From the NCBI GenBank assembly GCA_951406725.2, contig OX597814.1:3658001-3722000 (forward strand): a stretch of 64,000 bases of DNA, given 5' to 3'. The DNA is from Octopus vulgaris. Lineage: Eukaryota. Of this stretch, positions 14,938 to 25,500 are shown in pieces. Below the pieces are notes generated by a model that saw only the letters and a list, made by a program, of their open reading frames with translations, ran no database searches and was not told the DNA's origin. Both the position numbers and the translations under genes were made by a program. Position 1 is the stretch's first letter. Every line of letters begins with the position of its first letter.

Positions 14938-15109
14938 TCTTCTTCTTCCCTACCAAGAATTCACAACGACCTCCAACCCATAAGTGTGAACAAGAGAGAC
15001 AGAGCAAGGCAGAAACAAGGAAAATGCCACTTATATTTGAACACTATACAAATATTCCTTTAAAAAAACATTTCTTTTAATTTTTCTAAATTTAATTATT
15101 TAATCGTTA

Positions 15110-15147
15110 CAGTTGAAAAGGTCTCAAAATGACTGAAACCGGTACTG
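15110..15147 (+). ncRNA. Degenerate minimal hammerhead ribozyme motif
   Basis: cag-TTGAAAA-ggtc-tcaaaat-gact-GAAA-ccgg-TA-ctg. Palindromic ACCGGT; two core substitutions. Confidence 0.5.
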
Positions 15148-15195
15148 AAATGTTCTTTATAAAATTATTTTAGCATTTTCTATTTTGACTTATCT

Positions 15196-15271
<76 letters not shown>

Positions 15272-15371
15272 CAGATAAAGGGTGAAATATAATTAATTTG
15301 ATAAAATCAACAAATTTCACCAAACAGCACTTCGGTATGGAAAAGGACCATCTTCGGTAAAAGTTTATATG

Positions 15372-15462
15372 ATTATAACAATAAGGGTCTTTGCAACAAG
15401 TTGCTTGACCACATACCGAAAATATGTGGTCATGCAACTTGTTGCAAAGACCCTTATTGTTA

Positions 15463-15466
<4 letters not shown>
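15372..15466. repeat. Near-perfect palindrome (44-bp arms, 7-nt loop)
   Basis: attataacaataagggtctttgcaacaagttgcttgaccacata-ccgaaaa-tatgtggtcatgcaacttgttgcaaagacccttattgttataat, with one mismatch. Confidence 0.93.
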
Positions 15467-15493
<27 letters not shown>

Positions 15494-15534
15494 TACATAA
15501 GAGAATAATTCTGGAAGGCTCTCTCATATAATAA

Positions 15535-15751
15535 TCTTTTCTACTCTAGGCACAAGGTCCGAAATTTGGTGGAAGCGGAACAGTCGATTAAATCGACCCC
15601 AGAACGCAATTGGTACTTAATTTATCGACCTCGAAAGGATGAAAGGCGAAGTCGACCCCGCCAGATTTTGATCTCAGAACGTAGCGACGGGTGAAATGCT
15701 GCTAAGCATTTTGTCCAGCGTGCTGACGATTCTGCCGGCGGCTCGCTGCCT
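15535..15751 (-). mobile_element. tRNA-derived SINE family B (Meta/MESC-like central domain), tail type B
   Basis: Minus strand ggcagcgagc...ggcagaatcgt...gtcgacttcgcctttcatcctttcgaggtcgataaattaagtacc...ccttgtgcctagagtagaaaaga. Confidence 0.85.
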
Positions 15752-16140
15752 TTCTCTGCAATGCCAAATACACACACATCGAACGCGTAACACGTGGTGA
15801 CTGACAAAACTCTAGCGATCAGCGATTTGACCAAAATCCACAAATCAACAGATGTGTGTTGAGGTGTGAAGCTTTAGAAGGAAAGTCTACAGGAATTCAG
15901 GAATGAGAAACAACCTTTATTCTTAATATATTCAGTTCTTTGAAAAATACGACTGTGAAGATCTAGAAACATCGAATAATGGATTTAGGAATTCTACTGT
16001 TGCAAACTGTACGAATTAATAGGAAAATGAAAGAAATCTAAAATATAAAAAAAAAAGATAAAAAGACACGCACACACTCACATATGTATATATACTCACA
16101 CACATTCATTTATACACTCGCACACACACATACATATATA

Positions 16141-16334
16141 TATTCTGTTATTTGTTTCGGTCATTTGACCGCGGCCATGCTGGAGCACCACCTTTAATCG
16201 CACAAATCGACCCCAGGACTTCTTTGTAGGCCTAGTACTTATTCTATCGGTTTCTTTAGCCCAACCGCTAAGTTACGGGGACGTAAACACACCAGCATCG
16301 GTTGTCAAGCAATGCTAGGGGGACAAACACAGAC
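16141..16334 (-). mobile_element. Family A SINE, 3' half
   Basis: Reverse complement of 11880-12065. Confidence 0.85.
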
Positions 16335-16978
16335 AAACATACATATATATATATATATATATATACAAAGACGCTCGTGTATATATATATATACATATAT
16401 ATACACACACACAAACATATATATATATATGTATCTTTATATATATAAAACTGAGAATGTGTGTCTGTCTGTGTGTTTCCCTAAAACTTGAGAACTACAC
16501 AACCAATTTCATTCAAATTTTACACATGCCTTACTTAGGGCCCATGTAGTTTCATGGGCAAAAATAATGTTCAACTTCTTGCCTAGAGCGAGCCCATAGC
16601 AATATCATATCTTCTCCACTATTTCAGTATTACGTGTTAAAAGTGAAACAAAACAATTTCTCTATTTTATGTCAGATACTTTCACTTTAACAATAAAAAT
16701 AATAATAACAATTGAATTATATGTAGTAAGTAATAATTAAAATCAAACTAAAGTATAATATCATCGTAACATAACAAAAGTAAAATTAGCAATTGGTATA
16801 AAATTGCATCAATGACTTGAAATTGAATAAGTGGTTTCACATGAATGGGAATAAATTAAAAATAAAATTAGCGTGCAGAAATGGAATAGTCCAGATGGAT
16901 AATAAAAAATTAAATTAAATAAAAGACTATTGTCTATAAAGTATACAATGTAGAGAAAAACGAAGATTTGAACACCTG

Positions 16979-18750
16979 TCCGAAATCTATTTGCGTGTTG
17001 TTATCTGTGATTGGACAGTGAAATTTTGTTGTGTAAAGTGATTAATATCGCGCGAGGCGTTTGCCTCCACGTTTGGAAACCTTCAGAAGAAGGTGAATTG
17101 ACCCTCTAGTCATGGCGACTTACGCGGGGGTCACGGGAAAGAATAATAATGATTCAGCAATAATCGTGAAGGATGTTTTCTTTGAGAAAAGCAAAATCAA
17201 AGAATATGAAAAGCTATTCAAAAGGGAGGGTGATAGCGTGAAGCTAATCCCCCCGTGAAAGCAAAGGAGGACAAGGAAAACAAAACTGTAACGTATAGAA
17301 CCCAGGACAAAAGTACAAAGAAACTGGCAAGAGTGGAGATAGCAGAGATCGAAAAATGTCTGGGAGACATAATGGATAAATCGACCTACGTGAGTAGAGG
17401 GAAAAAATTTGGTACGGTGGAGGTGAGATGTGCAACGGAAGAAATTGCAGCCTCACTGGCTACCACTGTTCTAAGAGCGGAATCATTTATAATGTGGCCC
17501 TCATACAAGGGAAGAAGAGGGGTCCGGGTTAAAATCCCGAATATACCCCCAGAAGTAAAAACAGAATGGCTGGCAACAGCAATTCTAGGAGCAGCAGAAG
17601 AGGAAGTGGAGGTGGAATCCTTTAAGGAGTCCAATGCAGTAAATTGGAAAGGATATGGGGTAGAACTGTGTTTGATGGCCACAAAAGAGGACATTGAAAG
17701 GTTCCCCTATAGAATAGAAATCGAAGACGAGAAAACCCTCAGTGTAATTGTAGAGGGAAGAAAGCCAAACTGCTACTTGTGCGGGACAAGGGGGCACATT
17801 AAAAAAGAGTGCCCGTTATATGAATTCATGGCGGAGTATGAGAAGGAAATTGAAGGAAAGAAGAATACGGTAAATGAAAAAGAAAACATAGAAAAGGAGA
17901 CAAAACAACAAGAGAAAGGAAATAATAAGTCAACGAAGGAAAAAGAAATAAAAGAAAAGAAAGAAATAGAACCAAAACAGAGTCAGGAAAAGAAAAAGGA
18001 AAAAGAAACAACAGGAAAAAAACAAGAGAGAGATCAGAATCAAACGAAAAGAAAAGACGGCACACAAAAGAAAAAGAAAAGGAACATAAAACACGAGAGA
18101 AAGAGAGAACAGACAAAGAACCAAAAGACAAGAGAAGGAAGAAGAAAGAAAAGAAGGCAAAAAGAGAGAAAGAGAGAAACAAAGAGAGGAGAACAAGGAA
18201 GAAGTAAGCCCGAAAAGAAAAACGAGAGAAAACGTAGGACGGAAACAAGATTACTACAAGTTAATAACCTTCCATTTCAGCCCCGAAATGAAGGAATTGA
18301 CATGTAGTATGGAGGGACATGTGTGGGTCAACAGGATGACTGATCAGTGGCAGGAGACTGCTCTGATCCCCGAAGAAAGAGTCGCTGAGTTCCTCAGAGC
18401 AGCTGGAGAGAGTGTAATTTTTTACACGGGTGTTCGAGTGAAAGAGCGGCTGCCTGAGGGCTCAGTGATTGACTTTAGAGACTTGAAAAGTATTATGGAA
18501 TACGTGTGAGATTGTGAGAGGAGAGAGAAGAAAGAAGAGAAAAAAGAAAAAAAAATTGTGAACTATATGTGACGAAAATGTAACCTCTCGATTCCGGGGA
18601 TCGAGTGGGCATTTGCATCTCATTGTAAATATTCTTTCATTTGTCATTTTTATTTTTAGTTTTTCCCTTCTTGTCATTTCGCTTTCTTATTTTAAGTTCC
18701 CCGATTGTATTGTCCCCTCTATGTTCGCCCCTTGTGGGTAGTAATAAAAT
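16979..18750 (+). mobile_element. ORF1-only non-autonomous non-LTR retroelement (1772 bp; L1/Tx1-like ORF1, HAL1-like organisation)
   Basis: TSD cacctg at 16973-16978 and 18751-18756, short 5' UTR, single ORF, ~240-nt 3' UTR ending tgtcccctctatgttcgccccttgtgggtagtaataaaat. No EN or RT. Confidence 0.8.
17112..18509 (+). CDS. Gag-like ORF1 protein with CCHC zinc knuckle, ~465 aa after correcting two frameshifts
   Basis: ATG 17112 (MATYAGVTGK...). Frameshift at the C6 run 17249-17254 into ORF 17255, which carries CYLCGTRGHIKKEC (CX2CX4HX4C) and a K/E-rich linker. A second shift in the A-rich linker leads to the C-terminal block ending SIMEYV* at 18509. Confidence 0.8.
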
Positions 18751-19241
18751 CACCTGGAGGAAAGCACATTCGAAAAGTGTCTTGGTACGACTATGAAAGA
18801 TATCTAACTAGAGGCGGTAAATTCGCCACAATAGAAGCAAGGTTCGAGTCAACGGAGCGTGCAAGGGAGTACTCGACTCGAACTTGCAAAGTGGAAATAT
18901 TTTATTTTTACCTTTATATCTGGGACGTAGGACATGCCCGAAAAATTTTTTAAATGTCCCCTTCCCCCGAAGTAGAAGCAGGCTGGATTGTAGCCACACT
19001 TCTATACAAGAGGGAGGACAAGATACAATTGATCGAAATTACAAGAGACGGGCTATCAATTCCACTCTATTATATATTTTGAGTACTGTTATCACTAGCG
19101 ATATCAAGATATAACTTTATATTTTGTATTTTATGTGTAGATGTATATATATAGATGTACATGTAATATGTACATATATATATATATACATATATACATG
19201 CACTAGCACAATAAACTGGCAACGACGGGTCTTTAATGCTA

Positions 19242-19276
<35 letters not shown>

Positions 19277-19528
19277 CATACACACATACATACACATATA
19301 CATATATATACATATACATACATATACATACATATACATATACATACACATATATACATACACATATATATATATATATATACATACATACATATATACA
19401 CTATTCTGTCTTTGAAAACAACTTTCTTCACCCTTTTCCTTCCGGTCTTTCAAAATGTGACCTCGTGCTTACCGTTGGCGATTATTTTACCTCTGTCTTC
19501 CCTTCTCTTGATCTTTCCTTCTCTTATA

Positions 19529-19660
19529 TTTCCGACGAAGAGCTCCGCTCGAAACGTTAAACCCTCCTTCTTTCCCAAGCGTCCAATAATACTATATTTG
19601 TTCCACGTCGTCGCGTTGTTGTGTTTTTTTTTGTGCTTTCTTGTTTGGATTAACTTTATA
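19529..19660 (+). mobile_element. Penelope-like terminal module with hammerhead-like motif
   Basis: ttt-CCGACGA-a-gagc-tcc-gctc-GAAA-cgttaaa, then a T-rich tail. A truncated copy lies on the minus strand at 37803-37926. Confidence 0.55.
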
Positions 19661-19674
19661 TCTATATAACTGAG

Positions 19675-19928
19675 AATGTGTGTCTGTCTCTCTTTGTGAA
19701 TCCCTGAAATTTGAGAACTATATAACCGCTCTGGGTGCCATTGGGCCAACTGTACACAGCTACCGGACCACAGTCGACGCCATGGCGACCAGAGTCGGTC
19801 CGCTCCACTCCGGACTCTGGTCGCCATAGCGTCGACTGTGGGCCGGTAGCTGTGTACAGTCGGCCCAGTGGCGCACAGAGCGGTTATATAGTTCTCAAGT
19901 TTCAGGGATTCACAGACAGACACACATT
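19675..19928. repeat. GC-rich fold-back palindrome, ~120-bp arms
   Basis: aatgtgtgtctgtc...ggcgaccagagtc / gactctggtcgcc...gacagacacacatt, with a loop at ~19797-19812. Confidence 0.92.
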
Positions 19929-19944
19929 TCCGCCTACCAAACCG

Positions 19945-21539
19945 GTTCGGTTCAGTTCAGTTCAGTTCAGTTCAGTTCAGTTCAGTTCAGTTCAGTTCAG
20001 TTCAGTTCAGTTCAGTTCAGTTCAGTTCAGTTCAGTTCAGTTCAGTTCAGTTCAGTTCAGTTCAGTTCAGTTCAGTTCAGTTCAGTTCAGTTCAGTTCAG
20101 TTCAGTTCAGTTCAGTTCAGTTCAGTTCAGTTCAGTTCAGTTCAGTTCAGTTCAGTTCAGTTCAGTTCAGTTCAGTTCAGTTCAGTTCAGTTCAGTTCAG
20201 TTCAGTTCAGTTCAGTTCAGTTCAGTTCAGTTCAGTTCAGTTCAGTTCAGTTCAGTTCAGTTCAGTTCAGTTCAGTTCAGTTCAGTTCAGTTCAGTTCAG
20301 TTCAGTTCAGTTCGGTTCAGTTCAGTTCAGTTCAGTTCAGTTCAGTTCAGTTCAGTTCAGTTCAGTTCAGTTCAGTTCAGTTCAGTTCAGTTCAGTTCAG
20401 TTCAGTTCAGTTCAGTTCAGTTCAATTCAGTTCAGTTCAGTTCAGTTCAGTTCGGTTCAGTTCAGTTCAGTTCAGTTCAGTTCAGTTCAGTTCAGTTCAG
20501 TTCAGTTCAGTTCAGTTCAGTTCAGTTCAGTTCAGTTCAGTTCAGTTCGGTTCAGTTCAGTTCAGTTCAGTTCAGTTCAGTTCAGTTCAGTTCGGTTCAG
20601 TTCAGTTCAGTTCAGTTCAGTTCAGTTCAGTTCAGTTCAGTTCAGTTCAGTTCGGTTCAGTTCAGTTCAGTTCAGTTCAGTTCAGTTCAGTTCAGTTCGG
20701 TTCGGCTATTCAGTTCAGTTCGGTTCGGTTCAGTTCAGTTCAGTTCAGTTCAGTTCGGTTCAGTTCAGTTCAGTTCAGTTCAGTTCAGTTCGGTTCAGTT
20801 CAGTTCAGTTCAGTTCAGTTCAGTTCAGTTCAGTTCAGTTCAGTTCAGTTCAGTTCGGTTCGGTTCAGTTCAGTTCAGTTCAGTTCAGTTCAGTTCAGTT
20901 CGGTTCGGTTCAGTTCAGTTCGGTTCGGTTCAGTTCAGTTCGGTTCAGTTCGGTTCGGTTCGGTTCAGTTCGGTTCGGTTCAGTTCAGTTCGGTTCAGTT
21001 CAGTTCGGTTCGGTTCAGTTCAGTTCAGTTCAGTTCAGTTCAGTTCAGTTCAGTTCAGTTCAGTTCAGTTCAGTTCAGTTCAGTTCAGTTCAGTTCAGTT
21101 CAGTTCAGTTCGGTTCAGTTCAGTTCGGTTCAGTTCGGTTCAGTTCAGTTCAGTTCAGTTCGGTTCAGTTCGGTTCAGTTCGTTCGGTTCTGGTTCGGTT
21201 CGGTTCGGTTCGGTTCGGTTCGGTTCGGTTCGGTTCGGTTCGGTTCGGTTCGGTTCGGTTCGGTTCGGTTCGGTTCGGTTCGGTTCGGTTCGGTTCGGTT
21301 CGGTTCGGTTCGGTTCGGTTCGGTTCGGTTCGGTTCGGTTCGGTCTGGTTCAGTTCAGTTCAGTTCGGTTCGGTTCAGTTCAGTTCAGTTCAGTTCAGTT
21401 CAGTTCAGTTCAGTTCAGTTCGGTTCAGTTCAGTTCAGTTCAGTTCAGTTCGGTTCAGTTCAGTTCAGTTCAGTTCAGTTCAGTTCAGTTCAGTTCAGTT
21501 CAGTTCAGTTCAGTTCAGTTCAGTTCGGTTCGGTTCGGT
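19945..21539. repeat. (GTTCA)n/(GTTCG)n pentanucleotide satellite, ~1.6 kb
   Basis: Direct reading. Nearly pure GTTCA at left, GTTCG block at ~21190-21340, phase break ggctattcag at ~20704. Confidence 0.98.
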
Positions 21540-22596
21540 AGATAACACCACTTCAATATCCAAAAACAGATGAACAATTACTAACAAGCAATATAACATG
21601 ACAAAATTCAGTTGCCTCTCTGAAGATTTTCAAAATTTTCACGTTTAAATAAGAAATGAAAAATCATTTAGTTAATCACGCAAATAAAGGCCAATGGGAA
21701 TATTCCACTCTGACTGATATATACTACAAGAAGAAAGAAATTATTTAAGATTTTAGATTTGTGCATAAGTATTCATTGGATCTAATCCAGATAGTGTTTT
21801 CGAAAAGCTTTACAGTTTTATATTTTAAAAATTGAATTTTAAAGTTTAAGAAAATTATAAGACGCTAAATATATATGCTTACAACATACTACAATGTCTG
21901 TAATTTTATTTAATAATATGTTTTTATTTCTATTACTAGCGTATAGTATGCTACTGGATTCCTTGACGCAAAGCCTATGCGATTTAGTATATGTGTTCTA
22001 TGGTGTTGATTCAGTAATTATCGATTATCGTTAATTATACTCAATGTTAGACTGTATGAGGTGGTTAATGTATGATGCTATTGTCGTGGAATTTTTTATA
22101 TAGGGGTGAATAAATGAATTCTTGTACCCCTATATCTATTTTTTAAATCAGTAGTACTCCCTATATAAATTAATAAACCTGTTTGCTGTTTACACACCCG
22201 TCTTCGTCTTTTGTTCGTTTCTTTTGTAAATTCCAAATATATTTTACACATGCCTTACTTAGGATCAATGTAATGTCATGGGCAAAAAAATTTCTAACTT
22301 CTTGCCTAGGGCGAGCCCACAGCAATATCATATCTTCTCCACTATTTCAGTCTTATGTGTTAAAAGTGAAACAAAAACATCTCTCTATTGTATGTATATG
22401 GATGTCTATATATATATATACACATGTATATATGTAGCTGTATATGCATAGCTGTATATGTATAGGTATACATGTATGTGTATTCATGTATGTCGAGATG
22501 TGTATATATATATATAGATGTACAAGTAATATGTACACATATATATATACATATCTACATGCATACATATATACACCCATACATACACCTCCACCC

Positions 22597-25500
22597 TCTT
22601 TAATCTTTGTCGGCTCGCTCTTTGATCCCTGTCTGCACCCTCATTGTTCACTGTCGGCAGCCACTTTGATCTCTGTCAACACTCCTCTTTGATCTCTGTC
22701 GGCACCCTCTTTGATCTCTGTCAACACTCCTCTTTGATCTCTGTCGGCACCCACTTTGATCCCTGTCAACACTCCTCTTTGATCTCTGTCGGCACCCTCT
22801 TTGATCTCAGTCGGCACCCACTTTGATCTCTGTCAACACTCCACTTTGAACTCTGCCGGCACCCTCTTTGATCTCTGTCAACACTCCTCTTTAATCTCTG
22901 TCGGCACACTCTTTGATCTCTGTCGGCATCCGCTTTGATCTCTGTCAACACTCCTCTTTGATCTCTGTCGGCACCCTCTTTGATTTCAGTCGGCACCCAC
23001 TTTGATCTCTGTCAACACTCCCCTTTGATCTCTGTCGGCACCCTCTTTGATCTCTGTCAACACTCCTCTTTGATCTCTGTCGGAACCCTCTTTGATCTCT
23101 GTCGGCATCCACTTTCATCTCTGTCAACACTCCTCTTTGATCTCTGTCGGCACCCTCTTTGATCTCTGTCGGCATCCACTTTGATCTCTGTCAACACTCC
23201 TCTTTGATCTCTGTCGGAACCCTCTTTGATCTCGGTCGGTACCCTCTTTGATCTCTGTCGGCACCTACTTTGATCTCTGTCAACACTCCTCTTTGATCTC
23301 TGTTGGCACCCTCTTTGATCTCGGTCGGCACCCTCTTTGATCTCGGTCGGCACCCTCTTTGATCTCTGTCGGCACCCACTTTGATCTCTGTCAGTACTCC
23401 TCTTTGATCTCTGTCGGCACCCTCTTTGATCTCTGTCGGCATCCACTTTGATCTCTGTCAACACTCTTTGATCTCTGTCGGCACCCTCTTTGATCTCTGT
23501 CGGCACCCACTTTGATCTCTGTCAACACTCCTCTTTGATCTCTGTCGGCACCCTCTTTGATCTCTGTCAACACTCCTCTTTGATCTCTGTCGGCACCCTC
23601 TTTGATCTCGGTCGGCATCCACTTTGATCTCTGTCAACACTCCTCTTTGATCTCTGTCGGAACCCTCTTTGATCTCGGTCGGCACCTTCTTTGATCTCTG
23701 TCGGCACCCTCTTTGATCTCAGTCGGCACCCACTTTGATCTCTGTCAACACTCCTCTTTGATCTCTGTCGGCACCCACTTTGATCTCTGTCAACACTCCT
23801 CTTTGATCTCTGTCGGCACCCTCTTTGATATGTCGGCGCCCACTTTCATCTCTGTCAACACTCCTCTTTGATCTCTGTCGGCACCCAATTTGATCCCTGT
23901 CAACACTCCTCTTTGATCTCTGTCGGCACCCTCTTTGATCTCTGTCAACACTCCTCTTTGATCTCTGTCGGCACCCTCTTTGATCTCTGTCGGCATCCAC
24001 TTTGATCTCTGTCAACACTCCTCTTTGATCTCTGTCGGCACCCTCTTTGATCTCGGTCGGCATCCACTTTGATCTCTGTCAACTCTCCTCTTTGATCTCT
24101 GTCGGAACCCTCTTTGATCTCGGTCGGCACCCTCTTTGATCTCTGTCGGCACCCTCTTTGATCTCAGTCGGCATCCACTTTGATCTCTGTTAACACTCCT
24201 CTTTGATCTCTGTCGGCACCCACTTTGATCTCTGTCAACACTCCTCTTTGATCTCTGTCGGCACCCTCTTTGATCTGTCGGCACCCACTTTCATCTCTGT
24301 CAACACTCCTCTTTGATCTCTGTCGGCACCCACTTTGATCCCTGTCAACACTCCTCTTTGATCTCTGTCGGCACCCACTTTGATCTCTGTCAACACTCCT
24401 CTTTGATCTCTGTCGGCACCCACTTTGATCTCTGTCGACACTCCTCTTTGATCTCTGTCGGCACCCTCTTTGATCTCTATCAACACTCCTCTTTGATCTC
24501 TGTCAACACTCCTCTTTGATCTCTGTCGGCACCCTCTTTGATCTCTGTCGGCACCCACTTTGATCTCTGTCAACACTCCTCTTTGATCTCTGTCGGCACC
24601 CTCTTTGATCTCTGTCGGCATCCACTTTGATCTCTGTCAATACTCCTCTTTGATCTCTGTCGGAACCCTCTTTGATCTCTGTCGGTACCCTCTTTGATCT
24701 CTGTCGGCACCTACTTTGATCTCTGTCAACACTCCTCTTTGATCTCTGTTGGCACCCTCTTTGATCTCTCTCGGCACCCTCTTTGATCTCGGTCGGCACC
24801 CTCTTTGATCTCTGTCGGCACCCACTTTGATCTCTGTCAGTACTCCTCTTTGATCTCTGTCGGCACCCTCTTTGATCTCTGTCGGCATCCACTTTGATCT
24901 CTGTCAACACTCTTTGATCTCTGTCGGCACCCTCTTTGATCTCAGTCGGCACCCACTTTGATCTCTGTCAACACTCCTCTTTGATCTCTGTCGGCATCCA
25001 CTTTGATCTCTGTCAACACTCCTCTTTGATCTCTGTCGGAACCCTCTTTGATCTCGGTCGGCACCTTCTTTGATCTCTGTCGGCACCCTCTTTGATCTCA
25101 GTCGGCACCCACTTTGATCTCTGTCAACACTCCTCTTTGATCTCTGTCGGCACCCACTTTGATCTCTGTCAACACTCCTCTTTGATCTCTGTCGGCACCC
25201 TCTTTGATCTGTCGGCACCCACTTTCATCTCTGTCAACACTCCTCTTTGATCTCTGTCGGCACCCAATTTGATCCCTGTCAACACTCCTCTTTGATCTCT
25301 GTCGGCACCCACTTTGATCTCAGTCAACACTCCTCTATATATATATAACACCCTAATGGGAGCCTTAACTCCCAAATTTTAGTCATTTCTTTTATGATCC
25401 AAACTAGTCAAAAGTTTGATCTCTGTCGGCACCCTCATTGATCTCTGTCGGCACCCTCTTTGATCTCGGTCGGCATCCACTTTGATCTCTGTCAAAACTC

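Larger units (their letters stand above)
16790..19065 (+). pseudogene. Older degraded non-LTR ORF1 homologue, split by the 16979-18750 insertion
   Basis: Joining 16978 to 18757 (with frameshifts) gives KTIVYKVYNVE-KRRFEHLEESTFEKCLGTTMK-YLTRGGKFATIEARF...PLYLGRR...PEVEAGWIVATLL. This aligns with KTVTYRT...IEKCLGDIMDKSTYVSRGKKFGTVEVRC...PSYKGRR...PEVKTEWLATAIL. Confidence 0.75.
16434..19242 (+). mobile_element. Non-autonomous Helitron (2.8 kb) containing nested retroelement ORF1 sequences
   Basis: A|TCtttatatatataaaactgagaatgtgtgtctg 5' end. 3' end actggcaacgacgggt...CTAG|T at 19239-19242. Its 5' region is also found at 19661 and 22241-22389. Pairing of the two ends is inferred. Confidence 0.7.
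19661..22389 (+). mobile_element. Second copy of the 16434 Helitron 5' region, interrupted by a ~2.5-kb insert
   Basis: A|TCtatataactgagaatgtgtgtctg...gagaactatataacc matches 16434-16504. Homology resumes at 22241-22389, matching 16517-16666. Confidence 0.75.

Noticed and set aside
19735-21573. 612-aa ORF (FSSVQ)n
   Set aside because: Translation of a stop-free pentamer satellite, starting inside a fold-back.
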